From positions 1 to 31,136 of IMG/VR virus record IMGVR_UViG_3300030392_000403: a DNA stretch of 31,136 bases. The stretch is one strand, 5' to 3'. Origin of the DNA: a virus (lineage: Duplodnaviria; Caudoviricetes). Position numbers and translations under genes: made by a program. Positions within the stretch are counted from its first letter, which is position 1. Each line of letters opens with the position of its first letter. Under the pieces are notes generated by a model. It ran no database searches, was not told where the DNA came from, and was given only the letters and a program-made list of their open reading frames with translations. Shown here one piece after another: positions 17,000 to 27,324 of this stretch.

Positions 17000-17203
17000 T
17001 TACTCCGTGGCTACAGGTTCTTTCTCTGATTCCAGTTCATTTATCCTGGCTTCTTTATCACCAAGTGATCGGCTTAAAGCCATCACCTGAAGTTCCAGTT
17101 GAGTAATGTAGTTTATCTTGGTACGGAGTACTGCCGATATATCACTCTCCGTGATATCCACATTTATACTGTTATGACCATTTGTTTCTGGATTAACTGG
17201 CAT
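17000..17203 (-). CDS. Small coiled-coil protein
   Basis: Heptad-like C-terminus; tightly packed in the operon. Confidence 0.6.
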   Translation of the reverse strand: MPVNPETNGHNSINVDITESDISAVLRTKINYITQLELQVMALSRSLGDKEARINELESEKEPVATE

Positions 17204-17205
17204 AG

Positions 17206-17568
17206 TTAACGTGTCCCCTTGTAATATATTAGTCCGTTAGTACTTCCCCTGCGACGTTTTGCATACTTCCTGAACTCTTCTAAAGCCCGACCTATTTCTT
17301 TTCTCTGATCGGGAGTAGGTTTACGTTTTCTACCAGTCGCCCTGACCTCTATAAGCCAGGACTCAAGAGCCTGTGCCGCCATATCCTCAATATGCGCCTT
17401 GGAAATTGACGAGTCAGCAGGAACTGAAACCTTAATAGACCTGCCTGTTTCCTTGTCATGGAATCTGAACGTATGATTAACTATAGACTCCCCAGTCTCG
17501 TTATTATATCCGACATCTGCTGTTCCCAATAGGGTAGACCCACGGGGAGTCCAAAGTTCAGTTACCAT
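17206..17568 (-). CDS. Hypothetical protein
   Basis: 120-aa ORF tightly packed in the late operon. Confidence 0.65.
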   Translation of the reverse strand: MVTELWTPRGSTLLGTADVGYNNETGESIVNHTFRFHDKETGRSIKVSVPADSSISKAHIEDMAAQALESWLIEVRATGRKRKPTPDQRKEIGRALEEFRKYAKRRRGSTNGLIYYKGTR

Positions 17569-17569
17569 A

Positions 17570-18319
17570 TTAATAAAGGTTCATTAACATTACGGTGTGG
17601 TACTCGTTATCCACACCAGCTTTACCGTGAACCCTTGCAACGGCAGGAGTGGTGTCTGCGCCAACCGCAAGGAACTGCCCTGCATGGTTAGAACTTGCTC
17701 CCACTAATGTACCAAATGCAGGAGTGCCATCCATAGCTACCGTAGCTATACCAGCTACCTGCACCCATCCAAAGTAGTCTGCTGTCATGCTCATAGTTGT
17801 TACACCAGCAAATCTGCCAGCAACAGCAGCAGGGGCTACAACGATGTCCTTGTAAGGACTCTTGATTAGACCCACTGTCTCTGTACCGTTGGTAACTGCT
17901 GTGACCAAGCCGTCTGGCTCGTCAAGCGTAGCAGTCAAAACACCGCCTGAAGCAACGGCTGCATGTTCTTTTATCTTGTACATCTCATGCGGGTTAGCAG
18001 ATGTTCCCAGGATAGGTATGTTAATAAACAGATACCCTTCCGCATATAGATTCTTTACTGCCGCAGTACCACCGAGCGTTACCGCAACAGTGGTTGAACC
18101 AGCACTAGTTGTTGCAACAGCGAGGTCTTCATCATGATTACCTGCCGGAGCCTCACTCGCTACGAGCAAACCCTCGGTTATTGCTGTGCCACCAACCTCA
18201 ACATATCGAAACTTTCTGCCATCCACAAATGCCATCTCTGTCCCCAGCTTGTGACGCTGGTCAGAGGTCTGCGCCTTTTCCCATCCATAACTGCCACTTA
18301 TCGTCGTTGGAAATGCCAT
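17570..18319 (-). CDS. Putative capsid decoration/cement protein
   Basis: LGT...DGRKFRYV and YFGWVQVAG motifs; SD AGGAGG; downstream of the major capsid gene. Confidence 0.55.
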   Translation of the reverse strand: MAFPTTISGSYGWEKAQTSDQRHKLGTEMAFVDGRKFRYVEVGGTAITEGLLVASEAPAGNHDEDLAVATTSAGSTTVAVTLGGTAAVKNLYAEGYLFINIPILGTSANPHEMYKIKEHAAVASGGVLTATLDEPDGLVTAVTNGTETVGLIKSPYKDIVVAPAAVAGRFAGVTTMSMTADYFGWVQVAGIATVAMDGTPAFGTLVGASSNHAGQFLAVGADTTPAVARVHGKAGVDNEYHTVMLMNLY

Positions 18320-18408
18320 TTCTAGCCTCCTAAAATTACAGGTTTCTTATACACCCTGCGACCAACCGTTATTTATATCTACCGAATAGCCACGGTCAAT
18401 CTTTACAG

Positions 18409-18867
18409 CTATACGGTACTTGTGACCTCATGGGCCTTAGTATGAACCCGAAGTTTTGAAATAGCTCCGAGTTCTGTAAGTGCCTTGGCCTCGTAACCAC
18501 ATTCCTGACATGTAACCGTTGACAGCTTCATGTCTGGATTATCACTTTCAATCCCTGCTGCGATGTCCTTAGTTGCTTTTATAACATCAACTCCCCCGGT
18601 TCTTTCCACACACCACCGACATTCGCAACTGTCAGTTGGTGGATAGGGCAACATACCGTTACGTGCCATTTTAAGAACATAACCAGGCTCACCGGGAAGC
18701 TGGGGCAAAGGAGTTCCGACTGGGAAAGCCAGTTCTCCAGTAACCGTCAGCCCTGGTGCGTGACGATACAGAGTGATCTTTGGCTGCCATGTGTCCAGAT
18801 AATTCCACGCATAGCCATTAGCAACAAGTTCAGTTTTCATTGGACCCCTATCAGCAGTAGTTATCAT
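18409..18867 (-). CDS. Hypothetical protein with C-terminal C2H2-like zinc finger
   Basis: CECRWC and CQEC...HTKAH. Confidence 0.6.
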   Translation of the reverse strand: MITTADRGPMKTELVANGYAWNYLDTWQPKITLYRHAPGLTVTGELAFPVGTPLPQLPGEPGYVLKMARNGMLPYPPTDSCECRWCVERTGGVDVIKATKDIAAGIESDNPDMKLSTVTCQECGYEAKALTELGAISKLRVHTKAHEVTSTV

Positions 18868-18878
18868 TAATTATCTAC

Positions 18879-19748
18879 CTATGCACTGGTTGAAGGTGCT
18901 GACGCATCAAAAGTAAGAGGTGCGCCACGAGTATCATCAAGCTCAAACACACCGTAATCGGCAGTCATAACAAGCTCGGTTGCCCGTAGAGAAGCATCTC
19001 TTTGACGCTCTGTATTAGTATCAACTGACTTGAGAACCGCAAGGGCTGACTTGTCAGCTATAACACCAATGGCATCATCACTGCTGTCTATAGACAGATT
19101 ACCGTCCTCAAATATCGGTACACCGTTAAGGGGCCTGAGTCCGCTGAAGAACTCACCCAGAAGATCTTCGCTCCATCCCTTGGGTACAGGATATGTTGCA
19201 GATGCTGTTACTGCGGTATTGGCAATATCAAACACTGCATTGGGATGCTGAAGGATGTACATCTGTGACCCAAACTTATTAGCCTTGGCATAAGCAATTG
19301 ATCCTGCAACATTGGCAAGAGACATAGTTGCTGCGGCTGCACCAAGAGTAGTGCCGCCATTAAGACCTGAGTACAAAGCGTGTACGTCAGTATCTTTCTT
19401 ACGAGCCATGCCGTCACCAAGCTGTCGTCCTATAATAGAAAAGACATTCTCAGCAGACTGCCTGACAAGTTTGTCAGTCAATATGACCTTGGCTCCGACT
19501 TCAGCAGCGGTGAGGTCAACGGTACTCATCCCGATATCTTCCTCGTCCACTATATCCTGGCCATCGGTGAGATCAGTTATTGTCATCTGGCCTACTTTAG
19601 GCACAGTAACCTGCTTTGAACCTTTTGCAAGGCTAAAGCTCTCAATTAACGCCATAGCAGGAGCGTTATGCTCCTCGGTATAACGACTAGCAGCAATTAT
19701 GATTCGCTGCGCGCTTTCAAGATTTCCAGTTGTCGCGGTTTGTGCCAT
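18879..19748 (-). CDS. Major capsid protein (HK97-fold likely)
   Basis: 289 aa with VTVPK, LGDGMARKKD, ILQHP, LNGVPIFED and TADYGV..LD patterns; SD AAGGAG; follows the scaffold-like gene. Confidence 0.8.
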   Translation of the reverse strand: MAQTATTGNLESAQRIIIAASRYTEEHNAPAMALIESFSLAKGSKQVTVPKVGQMTITDLTDGQDIVDEEDIGMSTVDLTAAEVGAKVILTDKLVRQSAENVFSIIGRQLGDGMARKKDTDVHALYSGLNGGTTLGAAAATMSLANVAGSIAYAKANKFGSQMYILQHPNAVFDIANTAVTASATYPVPKGWSEDLLGEFFSGLRPLNGVPIFEDGNLSIDSSDDAIGVIADKSALAVLKSVDTNTERQRDASLRATELVMTADYGVFELDDTRGAPLTFDASAPSTSA

Positions 19749-19763
19749 AACAGTTCTCCTTGA

Positions 19764-20531
19764 TTAACTTAATCCGGCTGCCCTACGAGCCGCGGATACG
19801 GCCTGTGGGGAATCGTCTCCTGCATTATACCTATCTAGCCAACTACTGTCATTAGCAGCAACATTAGGTGTTCCCTGGGAATTGTCAAACTGCTGGGCAG
19901 GAACCTGTGCCTGTCGTAGTCTGGTAAGTTCCTGCTGATCATTACGACGTTCTGATATATTTGTTGCCAATGCTTCCATCATTTCAGGAGTTTCTGCCTG
20001 TCTCAGTACAGCTAAATCTCCCATGTTCAAGTTGAATTTTTGGGCGAAATGCTCCGCAGCAGCCATCTTTCCAGTGAGATGCTGTCCATACATATCAGCC
20101 TTTTTCATCAGGTCATTCTGGGCAGACTTGCTCTGCACATACTGACGGGCTGCGCCTTCTGCCTGTTCAGGAAGATATCCCTGGTTCTCCAACTGTTTCT
20201 GGTAATTCCTGGCTTCCTGTTGTAACTGGGCCTTGTTTCTAACTGCCTCATATTCAGCCGCCTGTTGCTGAAGTCTGAGTATCTCTTCCTGAGATGGTCC
20301 GGTATATACAGGTGCAGCTTCAGGAGTTGCAGGTGACTCAGGTGCTGGAGCAGGCTGTGATTCTGTTCCAGATGCAGGATCGGGTGCTGGTGCAGTTGGC
20401 GGTGCAGGAGGGGCCTGTACATCCTCCGGCACAGATGAACTGTCAACACCTTCCGACATATCTGTCGGTGGAGCAGCTTCCGACTGCTCTGGTAACGGAG
20501 CCTGAACTGATTCTTGATTCTGGTTTACCAT
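19764..20531 (-). CDS. Putative capsid scaffolding protein
   Basis: P/E/A-rich disordered N-terminus and Q-rich coiled coil, immediately upstream of the major capsid gene. Confidence 0.65.
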   Translation of the reverse strand: MVNQNQESVQAPLPEQSEAAPPTDMSEGVDSSSVPEDVQAPPAPPTAPAPDPASGTESQPAPAPESPATPEAAPVYTGPSQEEILRLQQQAAEYEAVRNKAQLQQEARNYQKQLENQGYLPEQAEGAARQYVQSKSAQNDLMKKADMYGQHLTGKMAAAEHFAQKFNLNMGDLAVLRQAETPEMMEALATNISERRNDQQELTRLRQAQVPAQQFDNSQGTPNVAANDSSWLDRYNAGDDSPQAVSAARRAAGLS

Positions 20532-20540
20532 ACTTTCCTC

Positions 20541-23500
20541 CTATTTATTCCTTATATTCCCCGGTGTTTTATACAAACGTCTCCATAATAAAAGATTATT
20601 TTGCGTAATTGGTGAGTTGTGGAACCACACCACGAGTAACGCATCCAGATTAGGATTCCTGTACAGGGTGTTAAGCCTGTGTGTGCGACGAGTATCTTCC
20701 AGAAGTTTAATGGCGTTACGCTGTCTCATATTGCCTTTATCTCGTAATGCAGCCTTCTCTTCAGAAGAAGCCATATTGTAACGTTCCCATAATTTTGGAA
20801 CATTAAGCCCCGGATAAGCCTTGCTAAGATTGTCCATAACAACAGGGAAGTCATTGCTCCAGTAACCTGAATCAGATATTACATTAAGAGCATCGTAGTA
20901 TTTCTGTACAAATGGATGATTTTGCGTTGTATACAAAGCAGAGTCAAGTCGTTCTTCCAGCATTAACTCCGGGTCCCATTTACTTGTTTCCACAGCCCAG
21001 GCCTTATTAAACGCATCGTAATTAATTTTACCTTTTACATCTGTGTGTTCATCACGAATCTTAAAGTACAGCCATTTTGCATGTTTCAAGGGTGTTTTTA
21101 TAGGATCTGGTTCAACACCCCTTTCTTCCATGTTCAGTCTCATTCTAGGATCTTCTCCGTAAGTTCTGTCTATCTGCTCCCTCTCAATACGAGCTTTTAA
21201 GCTAAGTTTTTTTAGCTCATCCCTAAAAACTGCTGGTGACCATGCTGTATTGTCATTAGCATCAAACAGCATACCAGCATGATTATGAACCACATCAGCT
21301 TGTCCTTGTAACTTTCTTTCGGTCACCTGCTTCTTTTCATGAATCATCTTGGAAAAGTCATTAAAGAAACCATAGCTAACACCAACATCTTTTCTTCGCT
21401 CAATCTCTTCAAGGATAGGACTATTATCTGGATCTGTTATAACCTCTTGTAGCTTATCAGGTATATCTTTAATTTGGTCCCACTTGGTATGAACACTTCC
21501 TGACAACAGTTCATTTGAGCCGTCATACCCCCCTCCAAAAGTGTTCTCGACCATCTTATCCTTTAACTCATCACTGCCAGGTCCCACAAGGTTAAACCCA
21601 GAGGCCTGGACTAATTGAGCCAGTCTGCCCGGACCCAGATTAGTCTCTACTGTAGGCATAATATCTTTTACAGTAGCCCCCGGTAACATGATTGATGAAG
21701 GGACCTTCCCAGCAAACGGCATCTCTTTATCCTCGAAGGCTTTCTGAAGCTCTCTAACAGCAAGCTGGCCTGCACCAATCGGAGCAAACAAATCGTACAT
21801 CAACTGGGTTGAGCGTTGTATTAATCCCCAGCGAGTTATATCTCTCCCGTAGAAGTCTTCGCCAGAATACTGTGTGTCCACTGCCCTGATCGGGACACTG
21901 AAACGTGAGCTAAGAAACCCGTTATTTATCATAGGAATACCGCTTGAAATATCGAATAATCTGAATATTAAATCCTGCTGCATAATCAGATCCAGGGTTG
22001 CTTTCTGACCAGCACCAGAAGGTACTACATCAGGAGATAAAAAGTTCGTGTTGTATCCGGGCCGGAATGAGTCCCATCCTTGCTCCATAGGAACATAGCG
22101 ATCCCAGGGCAACCACTCACCTGTAACTGATCTGTGTATCAGGTTGCCTAATGCCGCATAGAATAAGAAATATCCTGCCCACCTGGTTGCCCAGTATCTT
22201 TTTTCCGGGCCACGGAATGGCGCAACTGTAGTCCTTACTACACCTTCATTTTCAGCTACGGAAAAGAACACACGCTTTGACCATTCACGAAGCCATCCCC
22301 TGACTACACTTTGTTCGATAGGAATAGTAGACCATGCCTTGTTAGCCATAAGGCTAGCCGCAGCCATAATTTCATCAGCATTTTTATCTGGATGGAATAA
22401 TCTCAGCGTAGGTATTATGTTGTACTGAACATCGTGCATGATAGCGGCAGGATATACACCATTAAACAGTCCCTCTCTGAACATTCTTTCCAGAGCCTTC
22501 ATAGCCCTAAACGGGGCCTTAACTGTCTTACCTACTATCCCTTCAACAGCAGCGTATTCGTCTTTAAGAATTCGTATAGAATCCTCAGTGTTGAAAATAG
22601 TTGCGTCTTCTATATTAAGGCCAGCTTTTTGCAGATTAGCCCAGGTATACTTTGCCAGATCTGGATCTTTCTTCATAGAACCAAAACGACCTTCTATACT
22701 ATTCTTTGAGTACAAAGATCCTGTTCTAAGTTGCTCCCTTAACCTGCTTCTGTATCCTGGGGACACATTGGCAACTACCATCTTGGCTACGTGCTGCGGC
22801 ATTCTCACACCGCTGGACAATGAACCGACCAGGGCCATAAATCCCTCATCTACATTACCTTGACCCAGACGGTGCATCCCGGCAACAAGCTGTGCCATAA
22901 ATGCTCCAGTACCGGAACCAGCACCACGAGTCGCAAAGTCTGCCTGCTGGAAGAAAGATCCCAGTAGCTTGGCACGTTTTGGAAGAAATACAATGTCGTC
23001 TATCTTGGCGTGATACTCGTTTTTAGGCAGGAATTTACCAATCAGGGGAGCCTCATTAATTTTAATGATTCTTTCCCTGGTCATTGATGAAGCTCGTTTG
23101 CCACCAAACAAATCTTCCAGAAGTTTAGCTGTCTTAGGCTCAAATACCCACCTGTTATTCCATATCTCTTTTTGATCTTTAGCCAAAAAGGGACCAAGCC
23201 CTACCTCTTCTCCACCAGATTGTACAAATTTAACAGGAACTCCCTCTAACGATTCACCCCTAAATGCTGCACCCGGAATATCTACTTCTCTCCAGCCTTC
23301 TTCAGCCGCCTGCTGTAACTCTGACTGAGTACGAACTCTTCTTACTAAGTTGTAGCTTGGTGAACGAAGAATACTTATAAGCTCTTTCTGAAGTCTGGCC
23401 TGAAGACCCAGAGTGGAACTAAGCATTGCCTGCTCATACGGATTCCAGAAAACTGGTTCAAAACCAAGACTTATCATTTCTTCAAATGTAAGATGCTTCC

Positions 23501-26500
23501 TGGTTTTACCAAAGTCAGGGGACTTCTTTAAGATATCTGCCTTCTTAGTAATTGCACCGTCAGGTCTTTTCCATCCCCTGTAGAAATAATCTTCTTTTGT
23601 CAGTAAATGCATTTCCGAGAAGAATATCTTGCGCTGGTCTTCTTCCCAAAGAGCAAGAGTACGAAGATTTTTATATTGTCTTTCCCACGCATCACCACCC
23701 CTTACACTATCTATTTGCCGTAATTCATCCAGCCATCTCCCTCCACCTTTTGTATGCAAGGCAAATAAAAGTTTTAGAATAGAGCCGGGTTCTTCAGCCG
23801 TACCTATATGCTCTGCGGTAGGTTTCAGCACTCCTCCCTGCCGTCTTCCGTAACCTAAACTCTCAAGTTCTTTTGAGCCTTCTTCAACAATATGTTTTGT
23901 ATATGTTCCATGCTGCCTGGTTGAACCAAAAAATCTATGCAAGGCACTTTCAATTATCGGCTGGTTTTCATATGCCTGCATATCTCTTAACGCACTTCTG
24001 CCGATTATTTCAATTCCTCTTAATCCAAAATGAGGTTGCACATCTTTAATGAACTGGCTAACCCCCTCTTCTGGGGGTCGCCCTGCAACTGAATTAGAAG
24101 TGTCATTGATCCATTTACTGTCCAGAGATTCGTCACGCGCACCCTTCCAGCCTACCCTGGTTGGAGGTAAAGGTTTATTGGTTCTTAAAACTACATCACC
24201 TGGATTTGTGGGATCTTCCCTGAAAAACCATTTTGTTGTTGCATCAATCTCTTCTGGAGTTTTAGGAAGCTCGTCTACAAACTGTTTGAAGGTTCCAGTG
24301 ACCCTGCTTCGTTCAGCATCAAAGAAATTTATATACTTTTTAATCTCAGATTTATTCTTGTTGATATCAGCACGAGTAGGTTTTTTCCGTACTGGAACAG
24401 GCTTTGCCCTTTGAGCAGCCCCCCGTCTTGCCATCTCATCCTTGTAATACCTAACTCTTGGCCCAGATCCCTTGGCCCAGTTTTTCAATTGTGTGTCAGA
24501 ATATTCACTGAGTGGCTTACTCAGACCAGGCAGAATAGTAGATGAGTCAACATACTCCATCCTCGTAGCAGCCCGTGCGGTGGTGGTGGGAGTATCTACT
24601 AGTGGCTGTATAAAGTTTTCAGTAACTTTACCATGTACTCCATTACCCAGTACTTCCTTTGCATCATGAAATGCTGGTATATCTATTTTTGTTAAATCAC
24701 CAGCCGGGATTTTATATGTATCTGAAAGACCCATAAGCCTTGACATCATTCTTGGAGTAACTCTTATAACACCAGCACCCTCAAGTCCCTGTGCTGTAGG
24801 AAGAATAATACGAGGAACAGCTTTTCTAGTAGCTAACAGAGTAGGAGACGGACCTCCAGCATTTCTTGCAGCAGGCACATTTCTGGATGCCGATGATCCC
24901 ATAGTAATAATAGGACTATCTGGAGTAAGTTTGCCCATCTCTATATACCTGTTTATACGCCTTAACTCGTCACTGGGAACACCACCTTTGCCTTTAAATG
25001 CTTGATCAATACTTACCACTCTACCTGCCTGTTTTTCTACTTCAATTAAATCTTCTATCGTGGAATACCAGTCCGCAGGACCTGTTTTTTCAGGTAAGGG
25101 TGGAAGATCTCCTTCTCGGATAGCTCTTACAATCATCCTTGTTCTAGATTGTGCTGCACCATAGTCAGCAGCATCAACTATTTGTATATCCCATTTGTAT
25201 CCTGCATTATCCAGTTCATCTGTAATCATCTTAAATAAAGCTGTATCCTGATATGCTGGTACATTCTCTAATGAAATTGAGGCGGGTTTGACTTCACGGA
25301 TATTTCTGGCAACAGAACGTGCTATGAGTAAATCATTTTTATCAGCACTTCGTATTGTTTTTGCTGCTGTAAAGTTCTTACATACAGGAGATGCATGATA
25401 GTGCTTTGCATTAGAAGCTATAAGTGACTGCAATGAAGCGTCATCGGCAATATTTGATACAGTATAATTTGTGCCGTGGGCATCATTAAATACCTTTATA
25501 GCCGTTTCAGATATTTCATCTGCATGAACGCTAATAGTGCCTTTTAGAGCAGATTCAACCGTGCCGCCTCCTGATAGTGAAGAGGCAAACCGTGCGGCAG
25601 TGGCGGCTTCATCAGGGACAGCCCCCTCTATTACCATCTTGCGTCGGGCTGCTGCATCAGTATCATATATGCCTGGCAGTTGTTGGAGTCGAGCGGGAGG
25701 CTCTTCGGTAGTCAGTAGTTCTGCTAGTTCATTTTCCCACTGCCTGTTTAGCTTTTTATGTTCTGGAGTTTTCTTTACAGTTTGCTTGTAATCAAATATA
25801 CGATCAAAAAGTTCTTGGGCAGTGTGTCCACTTGCCCCGGTCCTGGTCCCCGCATTGCGTATTTGACTATTCAGATCAGCAAACTGGGGATGATTACCCA
25901 GCATAACTTCAACCGTCTGACCTGCCTGATAACGTCTTGCAGCCTGTCTGGCTTTAATAGCATCTGGTTGCTCAATCGGAGAACCTGTTTTAAACGCCTG
26001 TGCGTATTTTAATTCTTCTTCCGAAATTCTGGCAGCGGGATCTGCTGGTCTGTCCCTAACAGCTTCTGTAGCTTCTCTGCCAGTAGGAAAGGCTTGTCGA
26101 TATCGCTCTGACAGGGGATCTGCTTTTGGTATATCTTCAATTATATCCTTGGCAGCAAATTCAGCAAATTCCTGTTCTGGAGTCAAAATGCCTTTTGCTG
26201 CTGCTTCCTGGGCAGCTTTTCTTGTAGCCGCCCTGGCTGCGGTTCTTCCTCCTCTTATAGCAGTCCTGCCTACTGCACCAGCTATACCAATTCCGGGTAT
26301 AAGTTCTATAGGATCAGTAAGAGCAGCAACAGGAAGATTAATCCACCAGGGGATTTCACCTGCTTCCAATGACTGTTCATAGGCAGCCCCAGCAGAAGCC
26401 CAAGGGCCAAATCCCTGTTCTCTTAATGCTTTAGCCCTTTCAGTTACTCCCTCTCTTTCTAAGCCGGGGACCCACCCACTGAAAGCCATTCCTCTGGCGG

Positions 26501-26972
26501 GAGCTACGATCTCGTCAATAGTACCAAGCCCCTTCATAAAAGCCCGTCCTTCTTTCATTGATACAGGACCTCTGAATTTTGTCCATAAATCAACATCTTC
26601 AGGAACTGGCTCAACACTAGGTTTCCTGCCCGGTAATTTATCGATATCAATCCCAAACATTCTTGCCAGGCTTTTACCACGTTCTCCCCAGTCCACGGGT
26701 TTAGGGGGAGTTACGGGATAAGCTGGAGAAGGCTGCGGACCTTCAGCTAGTTGTGGTGTAGGCTGCGGTGCTGTAGGCTGCGGTGCTGTAGGCTGCGGTG
26801 CAGGCTGTATCTGCCCGCCTTTTATAACTACCTGGAAGTCATCAAGAGCTTCATAAACAGCCCTGCCCTTGCTGTCTACAGGAATCTGGCTTCCCCACTT
26901 GTTACGCAGGGACGGATAAATGGCTGCATTCCTTGACCAGGCATCTCGTAATTTTTTAGTCGGAGGAGGCAT
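20541..26972 (-). CDS. Giant putative internal virion (ejection) protein with embedded C5 DNA methyltransferase domain
   Basis: 2143 aa in the structural arm. About 24600-25595 encodes ASSLSGGG, HASPVCKNF, LENVP, DYGAAQSRTR, RVTPRMMSRLMGL and LGNGV in canonical C5-MTase order. Confidence 0.75.
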   Translation of the reverse strand: MPPPTKKLRDAWSRNAAIYPSLRNKWGSQIPVDSKGRAVYEALDDFQVVIKGGQIQPAPQPTAPQPTAPQPTPQLAEGPQPSPAYPVTPPKPVDWGERGKSLARMFGIDIDKLPGRKPSVEPVPEDVDLWTKFRGPVSMKEGRAFMKGLGTIDEIVAPARGMAFSGWVPGLEREGVTERAKALREQGFGPWASAGAAYEQSLEAGEIPWWINLPVAALTDPIELIPGIGIAGAVGRTAIRGGRTAARAATRKAAQEAAAKGILTPEQEFAEFAAKDIIEDIPKADPLSERYRQAFPTGREATEAVRDRPADPAARISEEELKYAQAFKTGSPIEQPDAIKARQAARRYQAGQTVEVMLGNHPQFADLNSQIRNAGTRTGASGHTAQELFDRIFDYKQTVKKTPEHKKLNRQWENELAELLTTEEPPARLQQLPGIYDTDAAARRKMVIEGAVPDEAATAARFASSLSGGGTVESALKGTISVHADEISETAIKVFNDAHGTNYTVSNIADDASLQSLIASNAKHYHASPVCKNFTAAKTIRSADKNDLLIARSVARNIREVKPASISLENVPAYQDTALFKMITDELDNAGYKWDIQIVDAADYGAAQSRTRMIVRAIREGDLPPLPEKTGPADWYSTIEDLIEVEKQAGRVVSIDQAFKGKGGVPSDELRRINRYIEMGKLTPDSPIITMGSSASRNVPAARNAGGPSPTLLATRKAVPRIILPTAQGLEGAGVIRVTPRMMSRLMGLSDTYKIPAGDLTKIDIPAFHDAKEVLGNGVHGKVTENFIQPLVDTPTTTARAATRMEYVDSSTILPGLSKPLSEYSDTQLKNWAKGSGPRVRYYKDEMARRGAAQRAKPVPVRKKPTRADINKNKSEIKKYINFFDAERSRVTGTFKQFVDELPKTPEEIDATTKWFFREDPTNPGDVVLRTNKPLPPTRVGWKGARDESLDSKWINDTSNSVAGRPPEEGVSQFIKDVQPHFGLRGIEIIGRSALRDMQAYENQPIIESALHRFFGSTRQHGTYTKHIVEEGSKELESLGYGRRQGGVLKPTAEHIGTAEEPGSILKLLFALHTKGGGRWLDELRQIDSVRGGDAWERQYKNLRTLALWEEDQRKIFFSEMHLLTKEDYFYRGWKRPDGAITKKADILKKSPDFGKTRKHLTFEEMISLGFEPVFWNPYEQAMLSSTLGLQARLQKELISILRSPSYNLVRRVRTQSELQQAAEEGWREVDIPGAAFRGESLEGVPVKFVQSGGEEVGLGPFLAKDQKEIWNNRWVFEPKTAKLLEDLFGGKRASSMTRERIIKINEAPLIGKFLPKNEYHAKIDDIVFLPKRAKLLGSFFQQADFATRGAGSGTGAFMAQLVAGMHRLGQGNVDEGFMALVGSLSSGVRMPQHVAKMVVANVSPGYRSRLREQLRTGSLYSKNSIEGRFGSMKKDPDLAKYTWANLQKAGLNIEDATIFNTEDSIRILKDEYAAVEGIVGKTVKAPFRAMKALERMFREGLFNGVYPAAIMHDVQYNIIPTLRLFHPDKNADEIMAAASLMANKAWSTIPIEQSVVRGWLREWSKRVFFSVAENEGVVRTTVAPFRGPEKRYWATRWAGYFLFYAALGNLIHRSVTGEWLPWDRYVPMEQGWDSFRPGYNTNFLSPDVVPSGAGQKATLDLIMQQDLIFRLFDISSGIPMINNGFLSSRFSVPIRAVDTQYSGEDFYGRDITRWGLIQRSTQLMYDLFAPIGAGQLAVRELQKAFEDKEMPFAGKVPSSIMLPGATVKDIMPTVETNLGPGRLAQLVQASGFNLVGPGSDELKDKMVENTFGGGYDGSNELLSGSVHTKWDQIKDIPDKLQEVITDPDNSPILEEIERRKDVGVSYGFFNDFSKMIHEKKQVTERKLQGQADVVHNHAGMLFDANDNTAWSPAVFRDELKKLSLKARIEREQIDRTYGEDPRMRLNMEERGVEPDPIKTPLKHAKWLYFKIRDEHTDVKGKINYDAFNKAWAVETSKWDPELMLEERLDSALYTTQNHPFVQKYYDALNVISDSGYWSNDFPVVMDNLSKAYPGLNVPKLWERYNMASSEEKAALRDKGNMRQRNAIKLLEDTRRTHRLNTLYRNPNLDALLVVWFHNSPITQNNLLLWRRLYKTPGNIRNK
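26757..26801. repeat. 3 x 15-bp tandem repeat encoding an (APQPT)n linker
   Basis: TGTAGGCTGCGGTGC occurs three times exactly. Confidence 0.9.
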
Positions 26973-27310
26973 TAGCTGTACATATATCGTGTAGCAGGAT
27001 TAAATCTGCGGAAACTACCTCCGGGTCGTAATGACGGACTAAGAGCGGTATAACGCTCAGTCCAGGGCATATCACTTAGAAAGTTAGTAAATGACGGGGC
27101 TTCCTGTCCCTGCCTTATGGCAGAGCCTAAAGCCCCGGCATACTGGTTATAAACATTACCGTACTGCCCCGACCAATATTTTTGCTGGGCAGGAGAGGAC
27201 CCACCCTGGAAAGGGGCAGAACTAAAGTAAGCCAGCTGAGGTGTGGCCTCAAGCTGGTACTGTCCAAAATCTATGTCAGGCATAAAATCAGCGAAAGGAT
27301 CTGGGGGCAT
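26972..27310 (-). CDS. Hypothetical protein, possible internal virion protein
   Basis: 112 aa, Q/Y/G-rich, coupled to the giant gene. Confidence 0.6.
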   Translation of the reverse strand: MPPDPFADFMPDIDFGQYQLEATPQLAYFSSAPFQGGSSPAQQKYWSGQYGNVYNQYAGALGSAIRQGQEAPSFTNFLSDMPWTERYTALSPSLRPGGSFRRFNPATRYMYS

Positions 27311-27324
27311 TTATAATCTCCTTA

